Positions 45,917 to 56,022 of a DNA stretch of 64,000 bases are shown here, piece by piece. The notes beneath the pieces are model-generated. The model ran no database searches. It was not told the origin of the DNA and was given only the letters and a program-made list of their open reading frames with translations. The position numbers and the translations under genes are program-made. Position 1 is the first letter of the stretch, and each line of letters begins with the position of its first letter. Source of the DNA: a candidate division WOR-1 bacterium RIFCSPHIGHO2_01_FULL_53_15 (GTDB taxonomy: Bacteria; Margulisbacteria; WOR-1; O2-12-FULL-45-9; XYB2-FULL-48-7); the NCBI GenBank assembly GCA_001772335.1, contig METM01000020.1, positions 17,795 to 81,794 of the forward strand, read 5' to 3'.

Positions 45917-48238
45917 CTACAGAGACAGCGCTTTTCGGAGCCCTTCTTGAATCTCCCATCTAATGAAAGCAGATAATTGCCCGCCTGTCAGTCGATCCCT
46001 GAGATAAAAGACATTGTCTATCCCCTGCTCGGAGGTTGTCACCTTTGCATTTACGATTTCCGCAAGAGAAGAGATCACAGAAACTTGGTCAAAAAGCAAA
46101 AAAAGACGGTCAGCATAGCCGCGAACGGTCAATTTGGTCCCGCCAAGGAATGGAAATTTGCCGTCGGTAAATACAAACCCCGCTTGGTTCATTCGGTCCT
46201 GGGGCGCCCGAAATAAACCAAGGCGCGCCTCTTCGATCAGTTTAACCAGGCCGTCGATCTGCAGTGGCTGTGCCGGGGCATCGGTCGTCAGGAATTCGCC
46301 GAGAACTCGGGACAACGCGCGTAATTCCTTATTCAGCGGGATAAATGACCTCTGCGGATCGACATATAATGTATCAATTGCAATGCCGTCGCGCCGCGTA
46401 AAGATTTCCGCGCCTTGAATATTATAGCCGCACAAACTGCTTGCCCCGACGATAGTTTTCAGCAGATGCGCGCGATCATGGGTGATCACCGTGATCGGCA
46501 GGCCGCGCCCGTCAACCGCTCCTTGGCTCGCCTTGCCCGTCCTCATAATAAAACCGCGCCGCTTCAAATGGGCAAGCGCGCTGATATCGCGTACAATATT
46601 TTTCATTTTGCCCTGATCGGCCACCCAGCCCGCCAGGTAAGTAAAGGGCATGCCGTGTATGTGGCGCACTATCTCTTCATCGAGCCCCTTAAGCAACCGC
46701 ATGTCCAGCAGCCGTTCGATCAACCGTTCTCGCTCAGCGGTTTCCCCTCTGAATCGCTCATCCAGGCGCTTATAAAGTTCCGGCAGTTTGGGGCGGGCGG
46801 TTTCGACTTGTGCCACGATCTGCGATTCCGACGGCCGCAGTTGCGTTCTCATCCCCAGGCCGTCAGCCACGGTCAACAAATAGAGCATTTTTAAAAAATC
46901 TGGATCGCCCAGTTCAAAAGCAATTTCCCCCAAATTGTCTTCGGGCAGTTCTCCAATGTTCACATCTTTTCGCCCGGCGATAGAATTGAGCGCCGTATCA
47001 AGCCGTACCAAGCGGCCCACCCGCTCCGCCTCGCTCTCCAAACCAAGACGCCGGGCGATCGCTTGAGCGATCTGAGCGCCGCTTATGTCATCGTCTTTCC
47101 CTGTGGACTTGCCGATATCATGTAAAAGGGCCGCCAGGAAGAGGGTCAGGGGATTATTAATTTCAGTATAAACGCGGTGTAAATGCCGCCAATTTTCAGG
47201 CAATTCACCCGCTTTGTCCGGCGGGGCGCCGCGGGCTATTCTCTCTATAATGCGCACGACTTCGAGACTATGCGTCCCCACGGTAAAGCGATGAGCGTCA
47301 TCCTGGCGCAGCCTTTCGATGCGGCCAAATTCCTCAATGATTATGCCCAAAATACGGAAATGATCGAGAAATCTCAGTTGCCGATATACGTCCTGTTTGC
47401 CAAAAATCGACAAAAAGGCCTGATTCACGTCCCGCGTATGCCGGACCCGGTTAATCTGCGCTGCCGAGATAGCAGAAAATTTTTGCCAGATACGGTTGCG
47501 GGCTTCATAGGATATGCGCAAGCCCCGAGCAGTGTAGCGCATGAGCTGACGCAGCATTTCCGGCAGCGGTGTTAGCGCTTCAGCCGCCGAAGGATAGTCA
47601 ACCTCGGCGAAGGGCTCTGTTTTAGGTCGAAAGCCTATGTTGCCGCTTTCCGGGATGAAACGGGCGCCGTAAAAACAGTGAATATGAGCGTCTTCCTCGC
47701 GCGGCGCCAGATCGTCTGCCAATGCAAATTTGTAATAATGGTTCAGCACGGAAGCCAGGAAAAATTGTACCTGGCGGCATTTATTGTAATAATCATTCAT
47801 GAAACCCGCGACATCAATGCGGTTCACGCCGCCGCTCTCAATACTCCAGCCGATTTTCTCCGCCAGGAAATCCTGCAAACGGTACCCGAGCACATAGGGC
47901 GCCAGCTTCTCACCCTTATTATAGGAGGGATTGTTGGCCGCCAGGTCAAGGAGTGCGCCAAAATGATCGTACGCCTGGCGCGCCGAACGCGCCCCCGGCT
48001 CGCTTCTCATATTGCCGCCCGCAAAATGCAGCAAGGCCTGCGCGGTTTCAAAATCTTCCACTCCGCCCGGCCCCTGAATGATGTGCGGCCGCTGCAGCGT
48101 GACCGTGTTAAAATTTTGGCGGTAACGATGAGCGGTTCGATCCAATAGATCCGCCAATTCGGCCTCATTGGGTCGGTGCTGCAAACGGAAATAGTTTGCC
48201 GTGTAAAGATTGGAGAGACGATAAAAATTTACCCTCAT
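45917..48238 (-). CDS. GlnD-like protein (HD domain plus two ACT domains) with an apparently degenerate N-terminal nucleotidyltransferase region
   Basis: It has a GlnD-like HRFTVGTHSLE motif and the HD motif LLHDIGK. The C-terminal ACT repeats are intact. I found no GSxxRGE/DxD NTase motif in the first ~240 aa. Confidence 0.55.
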   Translation of the reverse strand: MRVNFYRLSNLYTANYFRLQHRPNEAELADLLDRTAHRYRQNFNTVTLQRPHIIQGPGGVEDFETAQALLHFAGGNMRSEPGARSARQAYDHFGALLDLAANNPSYNKGEKLAPYVLGYRLQDFLAEKIGWSIESGGVNRIDVAGFMNDYYNKCRQVQFFLASVLNHYYKFALADDLAPREEDAHIHCFYGARFIPESGNIGFRPKTEPFAEVDYPSAAEALTPLPEMLRQLMRYTARGLRISYEARNRIWQKFSAISAAQINRVRHTRDVNQAFLSIFGKQDVYRQLRFLDHFRILGIIIEEFGRIERLRQDDAHRFTVGTHSLEVVRIIERIARGAPPDKAGELPENWRHLHRVYTEINNPLTLFLAALLHDIGKSTGKDDDISGAQIAQAIARRLGLESEAERVGRLVRLDTALNSIAGRKDVNIGELPEDNLGEIAFELGDPDFLKMLYLLTVADGLGMRTQLRPSESQIVAQVETARPKLPELYKRLDERFRGETAERERLIERLLDMRLLKGLDEEIVRHIHGMPFTYLAGWVADQGKMKNIVRDISALAHLKRRGFIMRTGKASQGAVDGRGLPITVITHDRAHLLKTIVGASSLCGYNIQGAEIFTRRDGIAIDTLYVDPQRSFIPLNKELRALSRVLGEFLTTDAPAQPLQIDGLVKLIEEARLGLFRAPQDRMNQAGFVFTDGKFPFLGGTKLTVRGYADRLFLLFDQVSVISSLAEIVNAKVTTSEQGIDNVFYLRDRLTGGQLSAFIRWEIQEGLRKALSL

Positions 48239-48289
48239 ATCTATTGTTTTATCGGCCGGAAAGCGGAAGAATTTCAGGGGAATCGTGAC

Positions 48290-49558
48290 CTAAGAAAACC
48301 TGACATCGATCGAGCGGGCGTGGGCGTCGAGCCCTTCGATCTCGGCCAACAGTTTGACGTCCTTCCAGACATTTTTGAGCGCCGGCTTGGTGTAGCCGAT
48401 GATGCTCTGGTGCTTGACGAAATCATAGACCCCTAACGGCGAGGCGAAGCGGGCAGTGCCGCCCGTCGGCAGGACGTGGTTGGGGCCCGCGATGTAGTCG
48501 CCGACGGCGACCGGCGAGTGCGGGCCCAGGAAAACGGCGCCGGCGTTCTTGATCTTCTCTAACACCCGCTGCGGCGAGCCGACCTCAAGCTCCAGGTGCT
48601 CCGGCGCGATCCGGTTCGAGAGCTCGATCGCCTGGCCGATCGTTTCGGTCTGCATCAGCACGATCTCCGCCTCTTCGATAATTTTTTTGCGGGCGAGTTT
48701 CGGCAGCTGCTTAGCCACCTCTTTCTCAACCTTCTCCAGAACTTTTTCGGAATTGGTGATCAAGACAGCCGACGAGCTCGGATCATGCTCGGCCTGGGCC
48801 AGGAGATCGGCGGCGATGAACTCGGCATCGGCGTCGGAGTCGGCGATGATCACGACATCCGAGGGGCCGGCCAAGCTTTCGATGCCAACCGTTCCAAAGA
48901 CCGCTTTCTTGGCCAGCGTCACATAGATATTGCCCGGGCCGACGATCTTGTCGACTTTGGGGACGGTTTGCGTCCCGTAGGCCAGCGCGGCGATCGCCTG
49001 CGCGCCGCCGACCTTATAGATCGCGCTGACGCCGACTTCGGCGGCGGCGACCAGAATATAAGGGCTGATAGGCGGCGGCGAAACGAGAATTATTTCTTTG
49101 ACATCGGCAACTTTGGCCGGGATAACGTTCATGAGGACGGAAGACGGATAGGTCGCCCGGCCGCCCGGCACATAGACCCCCACCCGCGTGAGCGGGATCA
49201 GGCGCTGGCCGAGGACAACATCGAGCGGCAGCGTCTCGAACCACTCGTCGCTTTTTTGCTTGCGATGATAGGCGGTGATATTCTGGATCGCCTTGGTCAG
49301 CGAATCAAAAAAGCCCTCCTTAACCTTCTTGTAGGCCTTTTTGATCTCCTCATCCGTCACCTTCAGTTCGTCGGGCGCGATCTCTTCGCCGTCAAATTTC
49401 TTTGTGTACTCGAAGAGCGCCTCGTCGCCTTTTGCTCTCACCGCCTCGATTATTTCGTTAACGACCTTCTCCTGCGGCAGGTCGGCCGAGATAGTTTTCT
49501 TTTTGATCAGCCGCTCGATCTCGGCTTCGTTCTTCCCCTCGGGAATTATCTTGAGCAT
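48290..49558 (-). CDS. hisD: Histidinol dehydrogenase
   Basis: The zinc/NAD motifs include AEHDPSS and HLEL. Confidence 0.9.
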   Translation of the reverse strand: MLKIIPEGKNEAEIERLIKKKTISADLPQEKVVNEIIEAVRAKGDEALFEYTKKFDGEEIAPDELKVTDEEIKKAYKKVKEGFFDSLTKAIQNITAYHRKQKSDEWFETLPLDVVLGQRLIPLTRVGVYVPGGRATYPSSVLMNVIPAKVADVKEIILVSPPPISPYILVAAAEVGVSAIYKVGGAQAIAALAYGTQTVPKVDKIVGPGNIYVTLAKKAVFGTVGIESLAGPSDVVIIADSDADAEFIAADLLAQAEHDPSSSAVLITNSEKVLEKVEKEVAKQLPKLARKKIIEEAEIVLMQTETIGQAIELSNRIAPEHLELEVGSPQRVLEKIKNAGAVFLGPHSPVAVGDYIAGPNHVLPTGGTARFASPLGVYDFVKHQSIIGYTKPALKNVWKDVKLLAEIEGLDAHARSIDVRFS

Positions 49559-50637
49559 AAAAGCGAACCCCTTTTTATCAGCGAGTGATCGGCCAGGACG
49601 ACGCCGTCGCCGATCGTTACATTATCTTCGATGACGCAGTCAAAGCCGATGATGCAGCCGTTCAGGTTGACATGGCTGCCAATGCGCGTGCCGCGCCAGA
49701 CAACGGCGCGCGAGATGGTCGTTTCGCGGCCGAGCCAGGTCTCGTCGCCAAGCACCGTGTAGTCCTGGACCTTCGTCTCGGCGGCGATCGTGACCCCGCG
49801 GCCGATGATGGCCGGCCCGATCAGTTTGGCGGTCTTATCGAAATTGGCTTCATCGCCGATCCAGACCCGGCCGTCGGAGCGGGCGCCGTAGATCTTGACC
49901 GCGACCTCGCCGCGCAAGATCGCCTCGTGGGCCTGCCGGTACTGCTCGGGCTTGCCGATATCGATCCAGTAGCGGTCGGAGACGAAACCATAGACCGGCT
50001 CCCCCTTTTCCAGCAGGGACGGAAAAAGCTGCCGCTCAAAAGAATACTCAACTCCCTTGGGCACGTCCTTAAAGATCGCCGGCTCGAGCACATAGATGCC
50101 GGCGTTGATCGCGTTGGCGGGCCGCTCTTCGGCGCCAAGATTGGCGACCTGCTCCCAGCTCGGTTTTTCCACAAAACGAGAGACCTTGCCGTTCTCGTCC
50201 ATCAGGACCACGCCGTAATGGGTAGGGTCATCGACGCGCGTCAGCGTGAGCGTGGCCCGGGCCTTTTTCTTTTTGTGATATTCAATGATCTGCGCAATGT
50301 TGATGTCGGTCAGGGCATCGCCGTTAAAGACGACCATCGAGTCCCCATCAAAGAATTCTTCGGCCAGCTTGACCGCCCCGGCCGTGCCCAGCGGATGGTC
50401 TTCAATTGAATATTGGATCTTGACGCCGTATCGACTGCCGTCGCCCAGGACTTTTTTAATCTCCGCCGCCAGATAATGGAGGTTCAAAATGATCTCAGTG
50501 ATGCCGTGCTGGCGCAGAAGCTCGATCTGGTGCAGAACAAACGCGCGGTTGGCGACCGGCACGATCGGCTTGGGCGTGTTGTAGGTAAGCGGGCGCAGGC
50601 GCGTCCCCAGGCCGCCGGCGATGATGACCGCCTTCAT
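49546..50637 (-). CDS. NDP-sugar pyrophosphorylase with C-terminal left-handed beta-helix (likely mannose-1-phosphate guanylyltransferase)
   Basis: The GGLGTRLRPLT NTP-transferase motif is followed by hexapeptide repeats. It is adjacent to PGI/PMI. Confidence 0.65.
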   Translation of the reverse strand: MKAVIIAGGLGTRLRPLTYNTPKPIVPVANRAFVLHQIELLRQHGITEIILNLHYLAAEIKKVLGDGSRYGVKIQYSIEDHPLGTAGAVKLAEEFFDGDSMVVFNGDALTDINIAQIIEYHKKKKARATLTLTRVDDPTHYGVVLMDENGKVSRFVEKPSWEQVANLGAEERPANAINAGIYVLEPAIFKDVPKGVEYSFERQLFPSLLEKGEPVYGFVSDRYWIDIGKPEQYRQAHEAILRGEVAVKIYGARSDGRVWIGDEANFDKTAKLIGPAIIGRGVTIAAETKVQDYTVLGDETWLGRETTISRAVVWRGTRIGSHVNLNGCIIGFDCVIEDNVTIGDGVVLADHSLIKRGSLLCSR

Positions 50638-51704
50638 CGGGCCAGCTCCTTTTTGAGGCGGCTGATCGCCTCGACCGGCGTCGGATCAACCCCGCTCGCG
50701 ATCGCCAGATAGACGCTCAGATAATCGCCATAGAGGACAAGCGAAAGGAGACGGGCGAGCGGCGACTTGCCCTGCGAGGCGATCTCGCTGGCGCCGCCGA
50801 GCTGGCGCACCAGCAGCGACTTGGTGATCTCGATCCTTTTTTTAACCCGCTCGTTGTCGTCTTCGTCGCGCAGGATAAAGAGAGCAAAATTGTGCGCCTC
50901 GCGCTTGAGGGCCGCGAGATTGACGATCTCGTTGTGGTTGAGCTCCGGAAAAACATTGAGGAGCGCGGTCAGCTTGCTGTTTTCGTTGAGCTGGCACTTG
51001 AAGCGCAGGGCGGCCGCGCCGGTCGTGCCGCTCGAGCCGAAGATGATCGGCAGTTTGCCGGCGGTCCGGCTCGCCAGTTGTTTGATCGGGTTGTTGCGCG
51101 CGGGCTTGGCCGGACCGAATTCGTCCCTTAACCGCGTCAGAAGAGAGATCGATTCTTTGATCTCATCCGGCGCGAGCGAGGCGACTTTCAAACGATCCAG
51201 CGCGGTCAGGAGGGGGATCAGCAAATACGGCAGAGCGGCTCTCGGCTGCAGCCCGCCCGGGCTGAGAAAAAGCGGCCAGCTTCGGCTGTCGGAGAGTTCC
51301 TTCAGCTTGCCGCCCGAAGTGACGCAGATGATCTGCGCCTTTTTTTTATCGGCCTCCTTGACCGCGGCCAGCGTTTCCTCGGTATTGCCGGAATAAGATA
51401 TGGCGATGACCAGCGTCTTTTCGCCGACATAATTGGGCAGTGAGTAATTGCGGGAAGCAATGATCGGCGCCGCGGCTTTTTTGAAAAAAAGATCGGCCGC
51501 GATGTCGCCGGCGATGGCCGAGCCCCCCATGCCAAGAACGAGGGCATGGTCATATGGTTTGGCCGCTGGCAGGGAGACATAGGAGGCGAGTTTTTCCGCC
51601 TCGGCGATCATCTCCGGCATGCGCCCGACCGCCTTGAGCATGCCGCTCCGATCGATCTTGCCGAGCTCTTCTTCGCTGTCTAAGAGTTCAACTTTGGCCA
51701 CCGC
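50634..51704 (-). CDS. Bifunctional phosphoglucose/phosphomannose isomerase (archaeal-type, double SIS)
   Basis: It has two SIS domains. The start is trimmed to avoid overlap with ctpA. Confidence 0.6.
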   Translation of the reverse strand, partial: AVAKVELLDSEEELGKIDRSGMLKAVGRMPEMIAEAEKLASYVSLPAAKPYDHALVLGMGGSAIAGDIAADLFFKKAAAPIIASRNYSLPNYVGEKTLVIAISYSGNTEETLAAVKEADKKKAQIICVTSGGKLKELSDSRSWPLFLSPGGLQPRAALPYLLIPLLTALDRLKVASLAPDEIKESISLLTRLRDEFGPAKPARNNPIKQLASRTAGKLPIIFGSSGTTGAAALRFKCQLNENSKLTALLNVFPELNHNEIVNLAALKREAHNFALFILRDEDDNERVKKRIEITKSLLVRQLGGASEIASQGKSPLARLLSLVLYGDYLSVYLAIASGVDPTPVEAISRLKKELAR

Positions 51705-52884
51705 TCCGCTCCTGGATCTTTTTTCTGAGGACCTGAATTGCTTTCTGGAGCTGGATGTCATCAGCTTCCTCGGGCAGCTCATCCGGCGCCGCGGCGGCTT
51801 CCCGCGTCGGCACGACCACCTCGACTTCCGGCGAGATCCCCTTCTTCATGATGTAATCACCGTTGGGGGTCAGGTATTTGGCGATCGTGAGGAGCACCGC
51901 CGAGCCGTCATTTAACTGCCTGACATTCTGGACCGAGGCCTTGCCGAACGAATGCGTGCCGACCAGCGTCGCGATCTTATGGTCGCGCAGGGCGCCGGCC
52001 AGGATCTCCGAGGCCGAGGCCGAGCCCTCATTGATGAGCATGACGACCGGTTTGCTCCAGAGGACGCGGCCGGATGTTTCCAGCTGTTCCTTTTTCTCTT
52101 CCCGGTCGACCGTTTGGACGATCGTGCCGCGGCCGATGAACAGACTGCCGATATCGATCGCGTTCTGCAGGAGGCCGCCGCCGTTATCCCGCACGTCGAT
52201 GATCAGCCCTGGCGTGTCCTTTGACTGGCGCAGGGCTTTCTCAAATTCGGTCGCGGTGTTGAGGTTCTCGAACGTATTGATCTTGATGTAGGAAACGCCT
52301 TCGTAGACCTTGCGGACGACGCTCTTGATCGTGATCTTGGCTCGCATGATCTCGAACTCTTTCGGCTCTTTCCAGCCGTTGCGCAGGATGAGGAGCTTGA
52401 CCTGGGTCCCCGCCACGCCGCGGATCAGGCTGACGGCCTCCTCGAGCGCCATATCCTTCGTATCCTTGCCGTCGATCTTCTGGATGTAGTCGCCGGAGCG
52501 CAGGCCGGCTTTTTTGGCCGGGGTGTCAATGATCGGCGAGATGACGGCCAGCTTGGAATTCTTGATGCCGATATAGATGCCGATCCCCGAATAGGAGCCG
52601 CTCATTCGCGTTTTCATTTCTTTGTACGATTTTGGCTCCATGAAGCGGGTGTACGGGTCGTCAAGCGCCTCGAGCATCCCCCGGATCGAGCCGTAGACCA
52701 GCTTCTGGTCGTCAACGTTCTTCTCAACGTAGTCATTCTTGACGATGTCGAGCACCTGCAAATAGGTCTCAAGCTTTTTCTCCATGCTCTCCGGCTGGGC
52801 GACAACTTTGCCGAGACTGAAAGCGGTGATCGAGAGCAAAAGGATCAGGCCCCACAGCTTGAACCGCTTATTTGTTTTTAACAT
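51688..52884 (-). CDS. ctpA: Carboxyl-terminal processing protease (S41) with PDZ domain
   Basis: It has a signal anchor, a PDZ domain (GDYIQKIDG) and the S41 catalytic region (GSASASEILAGAL). Confidence 0.8.
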   Translation of the reverse strand: MLKTNKRFKLWGLILLLSITAFSLGKVVAQPESMEKKLETYLQVLDIVKNDYVEKNVDDQKLVYGSIRGMLEALDDPYTRFMEPKSYKEMKTRMSGSYSGIGIYIGIKNSKLAVISPIIDTPAKKAGLRSGDYIQKIDGKDTKDMALEEAVSLIRGVAGTQVKLLILRNGWKEPKEFEIMRAKITIKSVVRKVYEGVSYIKINTFENLNTATEFEKALRQSKDTPGLIIDVRDNGGGLLQNAIDIGSLFIGRGTIVQTVDREEKKEQLETSGRVLWSKPVVMLINEGSASASEILAGALRDHKIATLVGTHSFGKASVQNVRQLNDGSAVLLTIAKYLTPNGDYIMKKGISPEVEVVVPTREAAAAPDELPEEADDIQLQKAIQVLRKKIQERSGGQS

Positions 52885-52906
52885 TTATATTTTCCCCTCT
52901 TGCACA

Positions 52907-54013
52907 TTACGGTAAAAACGTTTCAGGATTCTTCGGCACGCCGTTGATGCGAACCTCAAAGTGCAGGTGAGGTCCCGTCGAATAGCCGGTTGTTCCTTCT
53001 AAGCCGATCGTCTGTCCCTTGGCCACCGCGGCGCCGACGCTCGGATAAATGCGCGACAGGTGGGCGTAAACCGTCGCCCTGCCCCGCCCGTGGTCGATGA
53101 CGACCGCCTTGCCGTAACCGTCCCACCAGCCGGCAAAGATCACGTCGCCCGAATCGGCCGCCGCGATCGGCGAGCCGTACGGCGCGGCGATATCGAGCCC
53201 GGTGTGCCGCCCCTGCAGGCGGTGCCGCGCCCCGAAACGCGAAGTGGTCCGGCCCCTGAGCGGCCAGGTCAGCTCACCGGTGCCGGCTGCCTTGATCCCG
53301 GCGCGGCCGCGCTCAACCATCTTCCTCTGGATCAGGAGCTCGAGTTCGCGCGAACTCTTCTCAAGCTCGGCCACCTTGGCCGCGAACTCGGCCTCCCGCG
53401 CCTTGAGCGCCTCAAGCGCCTTCTTTTTCTCATCGGCCTGATCGGCGATCTTCTGCTTGTTCTCGGCGATAACCTGCGCCAGTTCCTTGATCTCGCGGGT
53501 CTTCTCCGAGAGCGCCGCCTTCTGCCTTCTGGAGGCCTGCAGGTCTTCCTTGATCCCCATGATCAGCCCGGCGTCGCGAGCCACGACCTTTTCAAAATAA
53601 TAGAGCCGGTTGAGCAGGTCCGACATCGAGCGCGCGCCGAGCAGGAGATCGAGATAATTGGTCCCGCCGGCCTTCCACGCCTCGCGCACCATCAGCTCAA
53701 GTTTGCTCGCTTTTCGCCCGAGTTCCGCCTCGGTCTGTTTCTGCTCGACGACCAGCTCGCCGATCTTCGTCTCGTTAATCTCGATCTTCGCCTTCGCCTT
53801 GTTCAGAGTGCGGTTGGCTTTTTTGAGCTCCTGGGTGATGACGACCAGCTTGCCAAGCACTGCCTGCCGCTGCACCCGGGCCTGCTTTAGTTTTTCCTGA
53901 CTGGTCTTGAGCTCCTCTTGAATGACTTTTAGCTTTGCCTGCTCGTCAACGCCTTCCGCCCGCACCACTCCCACGGCCAGCAGAATAGCCAGCAGGGCTA
54001 TTATTTGCTTCAT
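52907..54013 (-). CDS. M23-family peptidoglycan metalloendopeptidase with N-terminal coiled coil (EnvC-like)
   Basis: It has a signal peptide and a long coiled coil. The C-terminal M23 motifs are HTGLDI and HLHFEV. Confidence 0.75.
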   Translation of the reverse strand: MKQIIALLAILLAVGVVRAEGVDEQAKLKVIQEELKTSQEKLKQARVQRQAVLGKLVVITQELKKANRTLNKAKAKIEINETKIGELVVEQKQTEAELGRKASKLELMVREAWKAGGTNYLDLLLGARSMSDLLNRLYYFEKVVARDAGLIMGIKEDLQASRRQKAALSEKTREIKELAQVIAENKQKIADQADEKKKALEALKAREAEFAAKVAELEKSSRELELLIQRKMVERGRAGIKAAGTGELTWPLRGRTTSRFGARHRLQGRHTGLDIAAPYGSPIAAADSGDVIFAGWWDGYGKAVVIDHGRGRATVYAHLSRIYPSVGAAVAKGQTIGLEGTTGYSTGPHLHFEVRINGVPKNPETFLP

Positions 54014-54055
54014 GAATTAGCCAATAATAACACAATTATATGGCGCAAACAACGC

Positions 54056-55318
54056 TCACTGAAAAAGCGCTTTCTTTCTCTTTTCGCGGTGGAAAGTGAT
54101 GGCGAAGCGGTGGGCCTCGTCGCGCACGCGCTGGAGAAGCTGGAGAGCGGCCGAGTCCCGCGGCAAGGAGAGCGGCTTGCTCTTATTGGGAAAATAGATC
54201 TCCTCCTCCCGCTTGGCCAGGCCGATGAGCGGGCGGTTGACGCCGGCTTCCTTCAGCGCCTTCTGCCCAAAGCTGACCTGGGCGGGACCACCGTCGACCA
54301 TGACGAGGTCGGGGAGTTCCATTTTTTTAGCGAGGGAGCCGCCGTAGCGGCGTTTGACCACTTCATAGATGGCCTGGACGTCGTTGGGCTTGCCGGAGAG
54401 GCCCATGATCTTGAACCGGCGGTAATCATTCTTGAGCGGCAGGCCGCCGAGGAATGCCACCATTGAGCCGACAATGTTCGTTCCCTGGATGTTCGAGATG
54501 TCAAAGCACTCGATCCGCATCGGTTGTTTTGCTAATTTCAACTCTTTCTGCAGTTCGCCGATCTCGCGCAGGAGCCGCGGTGACGGCGCCTTGGCCAGGT
54601 CGGTCTTGCCCTCCAGCATCTTCTCGAGCATTTTGATCTTGTCGCGCAGGAACGCCGCCTGCTCAAAGTCCTGCCCGGCCGAGGCCTTCTTCATTTCGGC
54701 GCGCAGGCCGTCGATCGCCTTCTCCATTTTACCCTCGAGAAGCATCATTATGCTGTTGATGAGCGCCAGGTAATCATTGTGGGAAATATTGCCGGTGCAG
54801 GGGGCGGCGCAACTGCCGATGTGATAATAGAGGCACGGCTGCTGCCGCATCTTGAGCGGCGTTTCCTTGCACCAGCGGATGGGGAAGAGTTTTTTCGCCA
54901 GCCGCAGGACCGCCCGCACCATCCCGCCCTGGTAGCGGCCGAAGTAGAGCGCGCCGTCATTTTCTTTGCGCCGCGCCAGGATCAGCCGCGGCCACTTCTC
55001 ATTGATCGTCAATTTCAAGAATGGGTAGGCCTTGTCGTCGCGCTGGGCGACGTTGTATTTCGGTTTATATTTTTTGATCAGGTCGTCTTCTAAGAGGAGC
55101 GCGTCGAGCTCCGTGCCGGTGACGATGTAGTCAATGTCGTGGAGGCGCTCGATGAGAATGCTGGTCTTGAGCTCCGGGCGGGGCTTGAAATACGAGGCGA
55201 CCCGCTGGCGCAGGGACTTGGCTTTGCCGACGTAGATGATGACCCCTTTTTTGTCCTTAAAGAGATAGACGCCCGGCTTGGCCGGCAGGGAGGCAAGCTT
55301 CTCTTTGAGAGGGCTCAT
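54056..55318 (-). CDS. uvrC: Excinuclease ABC subunit C, compact form lacking the C-terminal (HhH)2 domain
   Basis: It has GIY-YIG (GVYLFKDKKGVIIYVGKAKSLRQR), Cys-rich, UVR and RNaseH-like endonuclease domains. It is 420 aa, against about 600 typical. Confidence 0.7.
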   Translation of the reverse strand: MSPLKEKLASLPAKPGVYLFKDKKGVIIYVGKAKSLRQRVASYFKPRPELKTSILIERLHDIDYIVTGTELDALLLEDDLIKKYKPKYNVAQRDDKAYPFLKLTINEKWPRLILARRKENDGALYFGRYQGGMVRAVLRLAKKLFPIRWCKETPLKMRQQPCLYYHIGSCAAPCTGNISHNDYLALINSIMMLLEGKMEKAIDGLRAEMKKASAGQDFEQAAFLRDKIKMLEKMLEGKTDLAKAPSPRLLREIGELQKELKLAKQPMRIECFDISNIQGTNIVGSMVAFLGGLPLKNDYRRFKIMGLSGKPNDVQAIYEVVKRRYGGSLAKKMELPDLVMVDGGPAQVSFGQKALKEAGVNRPLIGLAKREEEIYFPNKSKPLSLPRDSAALQLLQRVRDEAHRFAITFHREKRKKALFQ

Positions 55319-55324
55319 AAAGAG

Positions 55325-55750
55325 CTATTTGGGCAGGACTTTGATCTTCGGCGCCGCGACGATATCCTGATAGAGCTTGATGTGGATGGTGTAGTCGCCG
55401 ACGACCTTGATCGGCTCTGTCAGGTCGATCTTTCTTCTGTCGATATCGAGACCGGAGGCCTGTTTGAGGGCGCGGGCGATATCGGCGGTCGTGACCGAGC
55501 CGAAGAGCTTGCCGCCCTCGCCGACATCGGCGGTGATGGCGACCTCGAGCGCGCCGAGTTGTTCGGCCGACGCTCTCATCTCCTGCTTTTTCTTTTCGAT
55601 CTCGGTCTGCTTTTTCTCCCTGCGCTTCTCGACCGCGGCGATCGCGGCCGGCGTGGCCAGGGCGGCCAGGCCGCGCGGCAGGAGGAAGTTGCGCGCGTAA
55701 CCGTCGGAAACGTTCTCGACCCGGTCGTCTTCTAAAATAATTACTTTCAT
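55325..55750 (-). CDS. rplI: 50S ribosomal protein L9
   Basis: The N-terminus reads [29 protein letters not shown]. Confidence 0.85.
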   Translation of the reverse strand: MKVIILEDDRVENVSDGYARNFLLPRGLAALATPAAIAAVEKRREKKQTEIEKKKQEMRASAEQLGALEVAITADVGEGGKLFGSVTTADIARALKQASGLDIDRRKIDLTEPIKVVGDYTIHIKLYQDIVAAPKIKVLPK

Positions 55751-55754
55751 ATTA

Positions 55755-56009
55755 TTAATCCACCACGTACGGCACGGCGCCGATCTGGCGCGCGCGCTTG
55801 ATCGCCTTGGCGACCATGCGCTGGTGCTCGGCGCAGCAGCCGGAGAGCCGGCGCGGGGCGATCTTGCCCCGGTCGGTCATAAAGCGCCGGACAAAGCCGG
55901 CATCTTTATAATCAAGGTTCGTCTGCTCGATGCAGAAGAAGCACGGCTTCCTTTTTCTTTTCTTGAACTGGCCCGGTTTTGTTTTCGGCTTTCTGGCTTC
56001 TCGCGTCAT
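55755..56009 (-). CDS. rpsR: 30S ribosomal protein S18
   Basis: It has the S18 signature (FCIE...DYKD...LRRFM-like). Confidence 0.85.
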   Translation of the reverse strand: MTREARKPKTKPGQFKKRKRKPCFFCIEQTNLDYKDAGFVRRFMTDRGKIAPRRLSGCCAEHQRMVAKAIKRARQIGAVPYVVD

Positions 56010-56022
56010 TTACGCACCTCTT

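Noticed and set aside
53060-53890. 276-aa plus-strand ORF
   Set aside because: It is antisense to the M23 peptidase coiled-coil region. It has Leu/Arg/Pro-rich low complexity.
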